Part shown: positions 1 through 11,893 of the stretch, piece after piece
Layout: each line of letters starts with the position of its first letter
How positions within the stretch are numbered: the stretch's first letter is position 1
Assembly (NCBI GenBank): GCA_964019335.1
Contig: OZ025700.1
Span: 372,001-436,000, forward strand
Source of the DNA: Diplonema japonicum
Lineage: Eukaryota > Protista > Euglenozoa: Diplonemea
DNA length: 64,000 nt
Direction: 5' to 3'
Program-made: the position numbers and the translations under genes
Notes under the pieces: model-generated
The model's input: only the letters and a program-made list of their open reading frames with translations
What the model was told of the DNA's origin: nothing
Database searches by the model: none

Positions 1-1009
1 CATCCCATTGCTGGAAGTACACCGGGAATTTCCTCGAGCGAAACCCAGTTTCCTTGTCGACTGGAGCCTGTATGTACGCCGTATACCTGTACCACATGAC
101 AAATACCACTTTTATAGTTTGTTTCTGCCTGCACTCTAAGAGGATATCCGTTGCGAAGACTCTTCTGAGACACCGGATGTTCCCGTATCCAAGCAGTGCT
201 GCAAAGCCCTTTTTTTTCATGTTTGTTGTGTACACGTTGCTTGCTTGAAACAGCCCCCGCAGCGCGAGGAGGTGTTGTTTCAAAACCTTGGCCTTCAACC
301 GTCGGAAAAAATCACGTATTCTAAGGTACCGTCTCCGGGCCACAACCATCTTGAAGAAAGCTTGAACAATGGTTGCTTGTTTCGCAACAGAGATAAAAGC
401 AGTGTTCGATGAATGCTGGTGGCTTGGTGTTGCCTTAAGCGGTGTCACTGAAGCTCCGAGTTCTGCAGATAGCATGCTGATCCCAATGTCGTGTTGTGGA
501 ACATCGATTTCCAGAAGCTTTGCAAACCGTTTCTGTTCGAGCCTCTCTTGCGTCAAAACGAAGTTCGCTGGTTTTTGAAAAGATAGGTTTTCCTGCAGCT
601 TTCTCCTTGCGGTGTCAACCAGTTTGTCGTAATGCCGGAATCTTTTGTACGCGAGGTCGAGATCTCTGTGGGCAAGCTGAAGGGCCCACTGTGCTTCCTC
701 CACCAAGCCTTCACCGTTGTCCTCGTTGATACACATCGAGATGGATAGACGCAGCACTTCATCATGCGCAGCTTGCAACCTACTTAGTTCGCCTTCCTTT
801 ATCTCGGCACATCTTTCGATCAATTTCAGTGCCGTTACCGTTGTTCTGCTCTTCTTCCCCGGTTCACCGAACAATGACTCCTCTCCTTCGAGTCCGATTT
901 CGGACCCTTCCAAATCGATCAGTTCGCCGTCAAAATTTTGCACCCCCACATCGTCACCATATAGAGGCTCGCTTGCCACCGCTTCATTCGTCCCACCAGG
1001 TTTGTTCAT
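1..1009 (-). CDS. IQ-motif/coiled-coil protein, 5' part only; runs off the window edge and is absent from the ORF track
   Basis: Manual minus-strand translation from ATG 1009 (MNKPGGTNEAVASEPLYGDD...) stays open to position 1 and contains the IQ-like segment QATIVQAFFKMVVARRRYLR. The frame is also open upstream to an ACACAG acceptor at 1065. Confidence 0.75.
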   Translation of the reverse strand, partial: MNKPGGTNEAVASEPLYGDDVGVQNFDGELIDLEGSEIGLEGEESLFGEPGKKSRTTVTALKLIERCAEIKEGELSRLQAAHDEVLRLSISMCINEDNGEGLVEEAQWALQLAHRDLDLAYKRFRHYDKLVDTARRKLQENLSFQKPANFVLTQERLEQKRFAKLLEIDVPQHDIGISMLSAELGASVTPLKATPSHQHSSNTAFISVAKQATIVQAFFKMVVARRRYLRIRDFFRRLKAKVLKQHLLALRGLFQASNVYTTNMKKKGFAALLGYGNIRCLRRVFATDILLECRQKQTIKVVFVMWYRYTAYIQAPVDKETGFRSRKFPVYFQQWD

Positions 1010-1183
1010 GGGTGCGTTGTGTGGGCTGTCAATTTCTCGCAATGCATTTGGGTTTTGAAGGGCGCTGTGTAATATGGAAGGAGAAAAAAAAATAAAACAA
1101 AAAGAATAGAACAAGTGTATACAAATAGTGGGGGGGGGTGTTCTGTACATACAAAAAAGGGCGGGGGGGGAGGGGAGAAAAAA

Positions 1184-4100
1184 CTACGTGTGGGGTACGA
1201 AGTCGTTGTTCAGGAACCTCCTCCATTGTGGCGAGGCGTCGGTGATGTCGTTAGGGGGCGGGTCGTCCAGTTTGCTGACGCGCATGAGTTGGAGTTCCTT
1301 CTCCGCAAGCGAGTCCATCTGCTGTTTCACGACGCTTTCGAGTGTTGCAACCATGCTTTTTAGGTCAGCGTTCTCATTAGACAAGGCGTCTAGCTCCTCG
1401 TGTGTTGCCGTGACACGCATCTCATTTGCTTCGTGCACCTCAAGCCTCTCCAAAGTCACTTTCAGCGTTTCCGTCAGCGTGTTTATAGCATTGTCTCCTA
1501 CTTCCTTCACCACCTTGACTGTCTGCTTCGACTCCCCGACCTCCCCCTGCAGCCCTGTTATCAACTCCTGCTGCGAAGCGCAGATCTGGGTCAGGTCTGC
1601 CAAGTCCGTCCGTAGTTTTTCCACCTCCGCAGAGGCTGCCTTGTGGTTGTTTATTTTATTATTATTTTTTTTTTTATCAGATACCTCTACGATGGTCTTC
1701 TTCACCATTTCCTGCCGTTCGATTTCTTGTTCCCTCTCCCGTTCGCTCTTTGCCTCTCTGTGTTTTAGCAGCCGGGCTTGGTTCTTGTTGTCTGCGACTA
1801 GTTTCCTGTGGGTTGAACAATTTATACTTTTTTTGTTTGTCTTGATCATACAGATTGCAGTCTCTAACATCGGCCATCTTCTCTTCCGTCTCACCCAGCT
1901 TTTCCATGAGCTGCTCCATCTTCACCGTCTCTCTCTCTAGCTTGATGTTCTCTCTCCTTGCAGAAGCAATGTCCGCTTCCCATCGCTGTTGTTCCTTCTG
2001 TAGCGTGTCCTTCTGCTGAGTTCGGCGGAACAACTGCTTGCGGAGGTCGGCTATCTCCTGCTGCGCACGTGTCTGCTCGTTCTCCAGGGATTCAACTTTC
2101 AAGGCCAGCTCTGCTGTTTTCTTCTGTTCGGCAATGAGCTTCTCAGTGGCCTTTTGTTCCAGCTCCACCGCCTCTTCCGCCCTCCGCACTGCATTGCCTG
2201 TCCTCGTCTGAGAAGCGTCAAGGTTTTGCACCAGCTCCTGCAGCTCCTTCCGCAGCTCGTCCACGTATTCGTCAGTCCATTCCGACTTCGCCGCTTGCGG
2301 TTGGGTACTTACCTGAGACACTTTTTCACTCAATAACGGTGGGGGAGGTTGGAGTTCCACCGCCACGACTTCCTGATTCTCCCGCTCGACACGGTACGGG
2401 GATAGCCCTAAGGTGGGACAGGGGTTCATAGGCGGCTGTGGAGATGTCAGCAGCCCGCCCTTCCCTTTTGGTGAGAATGATCTTGACTCTGTTTGTGGCA
2501 TATGTTCTGGCATCTCCTGCCTCTGCACCGAGCCCTGCACGAGCTGGGTCAGCTTTCCGATGTCGTCCTTCAGCTGCGTCGTGTCCTTCTGCTGGTCTTC
2601 GAAGCTCTTCTGCAACGTTTTGTTTTCCTCCTTGAGCCTCTCGATCTCGGCCACATGCACCGCTGACATCATGTCTGTGACGCACGCCTCACTAGGGAGC
2701 GGCAGTGAGGTGCTGCATGACGACTCCCTCATGTCGGCGAGCTTGTGCTCGGGAGAGCACTCTCTCCTGCGCACAGAGCAAGTGGTGTCACCGAGGACAG
2801 CACGCAGCTCAGTCACGCTGACGTTGCCACTGCCGTGCTTATCGAGTGCGGCGATGAAAGGCGTGGTAAGGTGGTCGAGGGAAGCGTCTTTCATAATATG
2901 TGCCAGGAGGCCCAAGTCTACCCACGAAGTGCCGTCACGGCGAAGGTTGTTTGCAGCAAGCTCCAACGTGCCATAGCGTGAGGAGAGAGCTTGGAAGACG
3001 ACACCCCAGCCTGCAGGGGACGGGGTGGGCAGCGGGCGCGTCCTTACAGGTGTTTGATAGGTGTGGGGCGTGGGGTGTGGATGTGGCGGGGGCGGCTGTC
3101 GAGAAGCGGGTGATTTAGGGCCGGGCGACAACTTCGGGAGCGACACGGGCACACCCATGCCCATCTGCTTGAATTGAATAGGAGGGTGCGGCTCGGGGTC
3201 AAGATGTTCATTTATTTCAGCTGGGGGCTCCGTGGGTGGGTCACCCATCATGGGCTGTTCGTTTGCAAACAACACAGGCGGAGGGGTGCACGCAGGCATG
3301 ACAGGTTCCGCCTTCCTCGACGACGTGGTAAACGTCTCCTCTTCAAACAGTTCCTTCCCCGGGGTGTGGGGCTGGGACACAGGGCCCTCGGCTTGGAGTT
3401 CAATTGTAAAGTCATCTTTGACTGGTGGGTCCTCCAAGGGCTCTTCTCTACTCTTCACACTCCGCACAGACGTGTTATCTTCCGCGAGGCTGACGATCCC
3501 GGCACCGTAGTCGGAGACGGGAGGGGTGCGGGTCTTGTTCTTAACAAGCGATTTGACCTCTTCGAGTGCCTCACGTATCCTGTGCAGCTCGAGAGACTGC
3601 CTCCTGTTCCTCGTGGCGTCTTTGGTTTGAAGCGTCCCGACGATCTCCTGCAGCTTAGTACCGAGGGAGTGCTGCTTCTCGACAGACTTCGTCAGGGACT
3701 CCATTTGGTTTCGGTGGATGGACGTGAACTGCGACATCCTCGCCCCCCACTCCTCTTTGAGAATTTGCAAAACGGCCTCTGTCTCCTTCAGACGATGCGA
3801 AGGAGGTAGTTGGTTGTAGTCAGGGGTGTCGGGGTGCGAAGCGGGGGTAGGATGAGGAACAACGTCACCTTGCTGAGAAAGCTGTTGCTTTAAAATCTCC
3901 ACCTCAGAGATCAACATTCGAATTCGCTTCTTGGAAGGGTCCTCATTAACGACAGGTGTTGTGACGACAGCCTTCGCCCTTTCCGCGAAGCGTAGCGTTG
4001 ATACAGATTGGTCGAAGTTGTTCAAACCGGGTGACAATGTGCAGAGAACGGTAGTTTTCGAATTTCCTCCAAGGGACTCACGTAGCATCCATGTTAAGGA

Positions 4101-4994
4101 GGAGTCGCGGTACGGAACGTGGCGGCGGGTGGGGGAGGCACTTCCGGTGGAACCCTCCCGTTCAGAGAGTATGTTGATGACCTTCCCCAAAGTTGCGAGG
4201 GATTTGTTGATGTTTGATCCTTCTTTAGTGGAAACCTCTGTACCGCAAGCCCTTTCAGAACCTGCGAGGTCGACTAGAGTCATTCTGGATTCCTTCTCAC
4301 ATGTTGTGTCTCCGTTCCCCTCTATCTGAGTGTACGTAACGACGAACAGAGCATGCGACCTTGATGACCTGTCGTTGTTCTTTGTTGCTGCTACTGTTCT
4401 CGTCTTCCCTGCTCGTTTCAATAACTTTTGTATCTCGTCTGCTGAATTTACAGCGCATTTTGTGGCACCGTCGACGTACGGCCCGGTGACAGGATGTTCT
4501 CTTATTCTCGGGTCTGAGCACTTTGGTTGCAGCAGGCATCTTACTTTTTCGTTGTATATTTCTACGTATGAAACCTCGGCTTGAAAATCCCATCCTTTCC
4601 CCCTTTTTCTCTCCTCGGATTTTTCAAACAGGGTTTTGCAAAGTTGAGAGATTAATCCTGGTTGTGCTGAATCTGTTCCTTCCATTGTGTATGTCTTCCC
4701 GCTGCCTGTTTGGCCGTATGCCAATATGCAAGCGTGGTAGCCCTGGAACGCATGCTGTACTGAGGGAAGACCTATTTTTTCGAAGACTTGTTTGTTGTTC
4801 GCTTCCCTGCCAAAAGCGTGGTCGAAGGCCCATCTTGAGCCCTGAGGGGGGATCACAGAACCTCCGATTTTAACCTCAGGTTTCACCAATTCTATCCCGC
4901 CGGTGGAGTCGACAGTTACACAATCCGTGTCTGACTCTTTTTGTAGCATCGGTCTGACTCTTATCGCTACCTCCACATTACCGAAGGCTTCCAT
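1184..4994 (-). CDS. Kinesin with kinesin-3-like motor, Pro-rich linker, EF-hand-like motif and coiled-coil tail; join(4994..1852,1805..1685,1639..1184)
   Basis: P-loop GQTGSGKT, switch I NDRSSRSH, switch II DLAGSE, plus IREHPVTGPYV and HVPYRDSSLTWMLRESLGGNSKT. Removing intron 1806-1851 joins ORF 1677..4994 in frame to ORF 1184..1894 (DCNL|KLVADN). Confidence 0.92.
1640..1684 (-). other. Spliceosomal intron, 45 nt, in frame, A-rich
   Basis: GTATCT...AACCACAAG. If retained it would insert VSDKKKNNNKINNHK into a coiled coil. Confidence 0.75.
1806..1851 (-). other. Spliceosomal intron, 46 nt
   Basis: GTATGA...CCCACAG. Removal restores the frame between the two kinesin ORFs. Confidence 0.9.
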
Positions 4995-5350
4995 TCTTTC
5001 TTTTTTTTCTACAAGGGGGGAGGGTTCCCCCCCCTACCTGCCTCCTCTCCCGCCCCCTGTGAAAGGAATTTTTTTAATGATATTGGAGCAAGTGAAAATC
5101 ACACACACGAAAAAAAAGAAGAAGAAAAACTAAACGCGGTGGGAGAGTGCGCGCAGCTTCTTTAAAAAAAAAAAAAAAAAAGAAAGAAAGAAAAGGGTGG
5201 TGGGGGAAGGAACGCGGGCGGAAGGGGGGAACGGGGAATTTTTTTTTTTAAAGAATTCCCCTCCCCCTCCCCCTTCCCCCTACTTCGACTGGTCGAAGGT
5301 GCGCATTCTTCTACTATAGCGGGAAAAAAAAAAAAAAAAAAAAAAAAAAA

Positions 5351-5392
5351 TGGGGCTTTGATTGCAACACTAGGTGGCGTTAAGCGTGCAAT
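5351..5392. repeat. 42-nt hairpin element identical to 45829-45870
   Basis: TGGGGCTTTGATTGCAACACTAGGTGGCGTTAAGCGTGCAAT occurs at both loci, each preceded by a poly(A) run on the + strand. Confidence 0.95.
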
Positions 5393-6007
5393 CAAAAAAA
5401 AAAAACAAGAACCAATATTCTGGCGCCTTGTTTTTGCGCTGTAGCGGATTTTATAGCTGCGTTACGTGGGAATAAAGAAAAATCAACAAACTGCGCCGAC
5501 GAATGCAGAAAAAAAAAAAAGGCAACGTTCATCTCACAAAAACTGATATGGGTGTGCAGATACAAGTTTGGAAAGATCGAGGCAACTGGGACGAAAGGAA
5601 AAAAAAAAAAAAAAAAAAAGACGCGGGGGGTGTTATTTAAATATCTCGCGCACGCCCAATGTATGGGCTTCTTCAACAATAACGTGGGAAAGGGGGGAAA
5701 GCTTACAGTTTTTTTCTTGTTCTTAAGTATCAGCCACGCGCCTTCTTTCTTCTATTTTTTCACCCCCCCCTCCCTCTTTCAATTTTGAAAGCCTACAAAA
5801 AACACAGGTTTTCCCGCAGGACAAAAAACCATGACAAATGAAAGAGATTTGGGGAGGAAAAAAAAAAGGTAAGGGGGACCAGACAGAGTCCTTGTTATCC
5901 CCACGAAGCTCACTAGTCCGATAAAAAGAAAAGAAAGGGAGAAAGAAAAAAAAAAAGATCAACACAGCCTTTTTGTTAGATTAGTGTAAGTTTATAGGAA
6001 GTACTCC

Positions 6008-7068
6008 TCACGGGGTGCACTCCTCCTCGGAGCAAACGGGGAGGTTCTCGCACTCCTTCTTGAGGCCGGCGAAGAGGACCGTCGACAGGTACCTCTCACC
6101 GAAAGAAGGAACAATGGCAACAACAACCTTCCCTTCGTTCTCAGGCTCCGCCCCGATCCTGATGGCGGCGTTCACGATGGCACCCGCAGAGATCCCGACA
6201 AGAAGCCCCTCCTCCTTCGGGAGGCGACCCGCGGTCTCCAGTGACGCAGCGCTGGATGTTGTCATCACCTTGTCAACGACACCCATGTCCAACACATCGG
6301 GCTTGAACCCGGCGCCAATGCCCTGGATCTTGTGCGGGCCAGGCTTCCCCCCGCTCAGCACAGGGCTCTCCTCGGGTTCCACAGCAACAATCTTGCAGTC
6401 GCTCCCTTGGGATTTGAAGTACCTTGCACACCCAGTGATGGTACCTCCAGTGCCCACACCAGACACCAGGTAGTCGATCTTCCCGTCCGTTGCCTTCCAG
6501 ATCTCCGGGCCTGTTGTCGTCTCATGGACCTTCGCGTTCACAGGCGTCTCGAACTGCTTCGTCAGGATAGCACCGGGGGTCTCCTTCGCGATCTTCTCCG
6601 CCATGAAGAGTGCACCCTTCATCCCCTTCGATGCGGGGGTGAGCACCACCTTTGCGCCGTAGGCGGTGAGCAGGCACCTCCTCTCCAGCGACATGGTGTC
6701 CTGTTGTGTGGGATGTGAAGGCCCCTTCCAGACATACAGGCATCGTGAGGATCACTTTGTACCCTCGTGCTGCGCCAAGCATTGCAAGGGCGATACCGGT
6801 GTTCCCAGAGGTGGCCTCCACCAGTGTGCTCTTCCCAGGCTCGATCAGACCCTCCTCTTCCGCGTGCTGTTTTTTTTTTTTTTTTTTTTTTTTTTTCCCA
6901 CACCATGATCATCGCCTTCCCAAGCCTGTCCTTCACGGACTTTGCAGGGTTCTCAGACTCCAGCTTCAAAGCAATGCGGGCCTTGCAGTCGGTGCCTTGG
7001 ATCTTGTTCAACCACACCATGGGGGTGTCCCCCACACAGTCGTACACAGAGCTCTTCACACCAGACAT
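6008..7068 (-). CDS. cysK: Cysteine synthase A (O-acetylserine sulfhydrylase); join(7068..6904,6866..6738,6700..6008)
   Basis: [14 protein letters not shown] (PLP lysine), [29 protein letters not shown] and [10 protein letters not shown]. Two introns reconnect three ORFs. Confidence 0.96.
6701..6737 (-). other. Intron, 37 nt
   Basis: GTATGT...CAACAG; gives TMP|DTMSLER. Confidence 0.92.
6867..6903 (-). other. Intron, 37 nt, almost entirely poly(A)
   Basis: GTGTGGG(A)nCAG; gives MIM|[11 protein letters not shown]. Confidence 0.92.
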
Positions 7069-7694
7069 GGTTTTATATTTGGGTTTTTTTTTCTTTTCTT
7101 TTTGCCCTCTTCTTGTGTTGTGTGTATGAGTATGTAGTGGTAATTGGAAAAAAGAAGGAGGTAAAAAAACAAACTGGGACAAAAAAGAAAGTTGACAACA
7201 AAAAGTGCACGGCACAGAGAAATAATAAGTTGAAAGAAGGAGAACACAGTACAATTCAGAAAGAGAAGAAAATACTTTTAAAAAGGGGGGGGTGTTATTC
7301 TAAGTTAAAATGATAACGCACCTGGATTTTATTTCTTCTTTTTTTTTCTTCTCTCCCCCCCTTTTTGCTCTCTGCTGCTCCTGTGTGGTTTTCCTCCAGA
7401 AAATAACAAAAAAAAAAGGGGAATCTTAAAACGCCCTGCTGAAACTGGGTCGATAATCATACGTATTCTTCTTTCTCACTCTTCGCTCTTCGCCCCCCTC
7501 CTCCAAAAAAAAAAATCTACTTACAGCTGAGAAAGAAGAAATGAAAAAAAAAAACAAAAAAAAAAAAAAAAAAGAAATAGTTTTTCTATCTTGTGTTGGT
7601 ACCTTTCTGCGATGTAGCTTGGGATAGGTAATGTCGGCTCAAGAAAAAAAAATAAAATAAACTGGATGGTGTGGAGTAGAAAAAAAAAAAAAAA

Positions 7695-8000
7695 TTACTT
7701 CTTCTTTTTCAAAACTTTTCGCCGAAGCAGCGATGGCGGCGGGGGGAGGTGCAGCGCTCGTATCACTTCCAAACCAGCTTTCCTTTTGAGATCATCAGAA
7801 GTTCCTGTAACGACCAATCTGTGGAGTAAGCCACCAGGGCTTGTTTTTGTAGTGTTCGGCCTTCTAGGGCTGGGGCTCGCCGGTACCCTGGGTTTTCCAT
7901 TACTAGCTGACGAACAAGATCTCAGCCCCGGTGGGGCAACACGTCCCCGGCTAAGCACCCTGCTCCCCCTCACCACCGCTGGCGACGCGCTCCTAGGCAT
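7695..8000 (-). CDS. Small basic Pro/Arg-rich hypothetical protein
   Basis: GC-rich island with an open frame (MPRSASPAVVRGSR...) on the coding strand; no recognised domain. Confidence 0.35.
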   Translation of the reverse strand: MPRSASPAVVRGSRVLSRGRVAPPGLRSCSSASNGKPRVPASPSPRRPNTTKTSPGGLLHRLVVTGTSDDLKRKAGLEVIRALHLPPPPSLLRRKVLKKKK

Positions 8001-8351
8001 CCCACTCTCAGCTCCCCCCCCCCCCCCCCCCACTGTGTTTATAGTTATTTCTTTTTAGACAGAATGCCAAAAAAAAAAAAATGAGGTGGGGGAGGAAGGG
8101 AGAATGCAACGGAAAAAAAAAAAGAAGAAGAGGGGAAAATCCCATCTCTTCTTCTTTTTTCCCCCCCCTCTCTTTCTTTTCTTTTTTTTTTGGAAAAAAA
8201 AAAAACTACGATCACTTTTTTTTTCTTTCTTTTTCTTTTTTTTTTTTTTTTTTGCACTTTGTACAAGATTCTGAAGAGGGGCGGGTGGGTGGGGAGCAAC
8301 AAATCATTTTTTTTTTTTTTTTTCCCTCTCATTCTTTCTTCTGATGCCTCT

Positions 8352-8816
8352 TTACCTCGTCAACGCAAGATCATTGGCAAATTTCGTAATATCACAAGAC
8401 CTCAAAGCATGCTGGAACTCGGATTGGGTAGGGACAAGCGGTCGGGACAACCACCCTATTTCCTGCGACTCCGTCTGCGGTATGGGGTACTTGTCAATAG
8501 GGGTTTTGTGCACAGACAGCAAGCACTGCTTGATGTCTCCTGTCGTCTTCTCACGCCGAGCGAGTTCGTTCTCGGACAGATCGGCACCCGTTTCATTTTT
8601 TGTCAGTTTTGTTTCGTCGCCTGTGTACAGCTCCTTGGCCAGGAACCTCTTAGGCCTGGAGGCGATATTTTCGCAGATCGGCTTTGTCTTGTCAAGCCTG
8701 TACGGGTTGATGGAGAAGCTTTCCTTGCTGTTTCTGTACTGTGATTCGTTTTTAACATGTTCCTTCCAAATATTTTCCTTCGCCACTTCGCTGATTTTGC
8801 TGTTTTTCCAGTTCAT
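8352..8816 (-). CDS. CFAP144: CFAP144/FAM183-family ciliary microtubule protein
   Basis: IWKEHVKNE..FSINPY, PIDKYPIPQTESQEIGW and CDITKFA motifs. Confidence 0.8.
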   Translation of the reverse strand: MNWKNSKISEVAKENIWKEHVKNESQYRNSKESFSINPYRLDKTKPICENIASRPKRFLAKELYTGDETKLTKNETGADLSENELARREKTTGDIKQCLLSVHKTPIDKYPIPQTESQEIGWLSRPLVPTQSEFQHALRSCDITKFANDLALTR

Positions 8817-8881
8817 GGTATTTTTTTTTTTTTTTTTTTTTTCTTTTTCCCCCCACCTTTTTGAACAGAATTTGGAAGAAA

Positions 8882-8914
<33 letters not shown>

Positions 8915-9391
8915 TTAGTAACCCTCGTCACTTGTAGTGACAGAGTGTTCCGGAAAAGCCTTTTCTACCAATGTTGCGGAGATGTCATGGCGGAAGGGGC
9001 CGTCCCAAGGGAATCCGTAGCTGTGCCCGTAGATCAAGATTGTTTTTTTGTCGTCGTTTTTATGGATTCGGCCCCCACCAAGAATTGTGTAAGAAACACC
9101 CTCGTCTTGGAGGGTTCCCACTACCCCCCGCGCAGCGTCTTTGTGATAGTCGGCGCTGGGGTTGCCTCGAACTAAGTAGCCCGAGGGGGTTTTGATTAGT
9201 ACATATTTTTGTACACCGGATCCGAGTTCCACCTCTGCGAGGCCGTGGATCATCTTCTGGCCTTTCCCCCCTCCCGTGTCGGTCCGCATTGCCGCAGCCT
9301 CCAGCTGATCGGTCTCGTTCGTGGTGAACCCTGACATTTTATTTCCTTTCCTCCCTCCCAATGCAATACTGTGTTTCAAAAACCTTCTCAT
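8915..9391 (-). CDS. PHPT1: 14 kDa phosphohistidine phosphatase (Janus/Ocnus family); alternative start at 9337
   Basis: GVQKYVLI, LVRG..ADYH, LGGGRI, IYGHSYGF and C-terminal SDEGY. Confidence 0.9.
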   Translation of the reverse strand: MRRFLKHSIALGGRKGNKMSGFTTNETDQLEAAAMRTDTGGGKGQKMIHGLAEVELGSGVQKYVLIKTPSGYLVRGNPSADYHKDAARGVVGTLQDEGVSYTILGGGRIHKNDDKKTILIYGHSYGFPWDGPFRHDISATLVEKAFPEHSVTTSDEGY

Positions 9392-9584
9392 TTATTTTCC
9401 CCCCCCCTCTCCCCTTTTTTTTTGTTGAATTTGAGCGAATGAAAAAAAAAATGAAAAAAAAAGCAATCGTTTTTCTTCTCTTTTCATAAAGCACAAAAAG
9501 AAAAAGTGCGATACGGGTGCTCTTTTTTTTTTTTTTTCCTCATTTTTTCCCTGCACTGTGTTGCTTAGCCTTATAACGACTTAA

Positions 9585-9618
<34 letters not shown>

Positions 9619-10528
9619 AGAATGAAGAAGAAGTCGAGGGCCCCTAAGAAAGAAGAGGAGGAAGAAGAAGAAAGGACTTTGATGCTTGTTTTTTGAGCAC
9701 ACGAGCGCAGCCGAACTAAAAAAACTGTGTAATTGACGAACACATTAGTGTCAAACATGGTAATTCGAGGGGGGGAGAAGGGGGAGGGTCTGCAGACGCT
9801 GCCACTAGTACGTGTTTCCAACCAACAGCACGTGGGGGGGGGGGGGGGGGGGGTTTCTTCTTCCAGGAGGAAAGAATATAATTTATAAAAAAATAAAGGG
9901 GAGGGGGGGAGGAGGAAAAAAAAAGAAGAATTTATTTCTTTTTTTTTTTATTTTCAAAAAATCTCACACAACTATAATTGTCAGAGCCTTAAAAAAAAAA
10001 AGAAGAGAAATTTCGTTGAATTCAACTTCCTCATTAGTGGTCTCCTTTCCCCCCCTTTCATTTTTTTCTTTTTTTTTTCTTTTTTTTTTTTTTTGGAGAG
10101 TGGGGATAAATGATGGAAGAAATGGAAAAAGAGAAAAAAAAATAGAATGAAATGTAGGAAAGATGTTTGGAAAGAAAGAAATACTGGAAATTTCTTAAAA
10201 TTTGTCCGGGAGGAAGAAATAAAAAAAAAAAAAAAAAAAAAAAAGAGTCCCGGATGGGGTATAAAACGATGACGTGTCCAGAAGTTTCATTTTTGTAAAT
10301 TTAATTTTCTGGCCACACAGCATATCTCGTTTTACATATATCGAAGGAAACAGCGGTATCTGCCCCAAGAATGGCTACAACAAGACCACTTGTCCCGAGA
10401 AGGAGAACAAGGGAGCGAAACGTGATCATTGTGCCCACTTGAGTGGTTAGATTCTACATGCTTCCTCGTAGTCCTCATTTTGGCAGGGGAAAAGAAACGT
10501 GAAGTATATAAAAAAAAAGATTTTTTTT

Positions 10529-10738
10529 TTTATTTAATTCGAGCCGGGTTTTCAAGGGCGGGAACAAAGCCTAAGCCTCGACATCAACATTAATGTTAAA
10601 ACGAACGGACGAGAACCTGGTGCTTGAAATCTCCATGTGTAGCTTGTAATACCCAAAAATGTTTTTTTTTGCTGCCTCAGTTTTGATTTCTTCTTGTAAC
10701 CCTCCCCACCCTTTCAAACCCGGCTCTTATTAAATAAA
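10529..10738. repeat. 34-nt imperfect inverted repeat enclosing about 140 nt (MITE-like element or long RNA stem)
   Basis: Left arm TTTATTTAATTCGAGCCGGGTTTTCAAGGGCGGG versus reverse complement of right arm TTTATTTAATAAGAGCCGGGTTTGAAAGGGTGGG; 29/34 match. Confidence 0.8.
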
Positions 10739-11893
10739 TAGTTGTTTAATATTGTTGTGTATGAAAAAAATAAAATAAAAAAGGGGGGTAGCCGTGTTTT
10801 ATTATCTCAAAAAAGCAATTTTTTTCTTTCTTTCTCTTTTTTTTTTTTTTTTTTTATAGTTTCCGAGCAGAACTAAAAGCCTAATCGAGTTCCCTTCTTG
10901 GCGTTCGCACTGAAATCATCGGTGAAACGAGCGCATTTTTTTTTCTTTTTTTTTTTTTTTTTTGCAGTAACAACGTGTTTTTAGACCATCAGAAAAAAAA
11001 GAGGGGGGAGGGGGAAGTTATTTTGTGATCTTTTTCTGGTCACTAGTGACTCCCACCCCCCTTTCGAACGAACTTTAAAAAAAAAAGAACTTGTCGTATT
11101 CTTTTTTCCCTTCGACAAAACAGCAGGGGGTGGGGGGGGTATTGGTCCACCCCCAGCTGTCGCTCAACCATCATGGTCCAAAAAAAAATAGGGGAAAGAG
11201 GAAATACCCTCCCCTATATAGTTTTATAGTTGTGGGAAGTATCCATCATTGCCCAATAAAAGCAAAAGGGGGGAGGTGAAAACTTATTCTACTTCCTGGA
11301 AGATGTAATGTTTCGTGCCTTCCCTTTTTTTTCCTTTTTTTCTTCTTCTTTTTTCTTTCCCATTTCATTTTCTTTTTTTTTTTGAACAGAAGTACTGGAG
11401 ATAGGGCGATAACCGTAGAAAATTATAGAATTCCGGGTTTTTTCCCCCCCTTATTTTTTTTTTTTTCCTGGTTTCGTTCGCTCCCCCCCCCCCCCCCCCC
11501 TTCCCTCCCTGTGCATCAAAAAAAGGGGTGGGAGGGAGGTAGGCCCCATGTGTCCCCTTTTGTTTGATCATCTAGCAATAGTATAGTTCATTTTCATATT
11601 TTTTTTCTTCTCTCCTTTCTTTCTCTTTGATACTCCCTAACTCTCCTCTTCTCCACTGTTCAAAAAAAAAAAAAAAAAAAGGGTGCGGTTTTCCCGTTCT
11701 ACACATCGCAAAAAAAAAAAAAAAAAAAAAAAATTCTTTATGACTATATGTCTTTGTTGTTCGCACGAGCAAAAAAGATTTTTAAAAAGCTGCGAAAGTT
11801 TTTTGCTCGGCACAAGTTGCATATAGTTATAAAATCATTTTTTGAAAGATAAATATTTGTAACAAAAAAAAAAAAGAGAAAAAAAAAAGGGAA

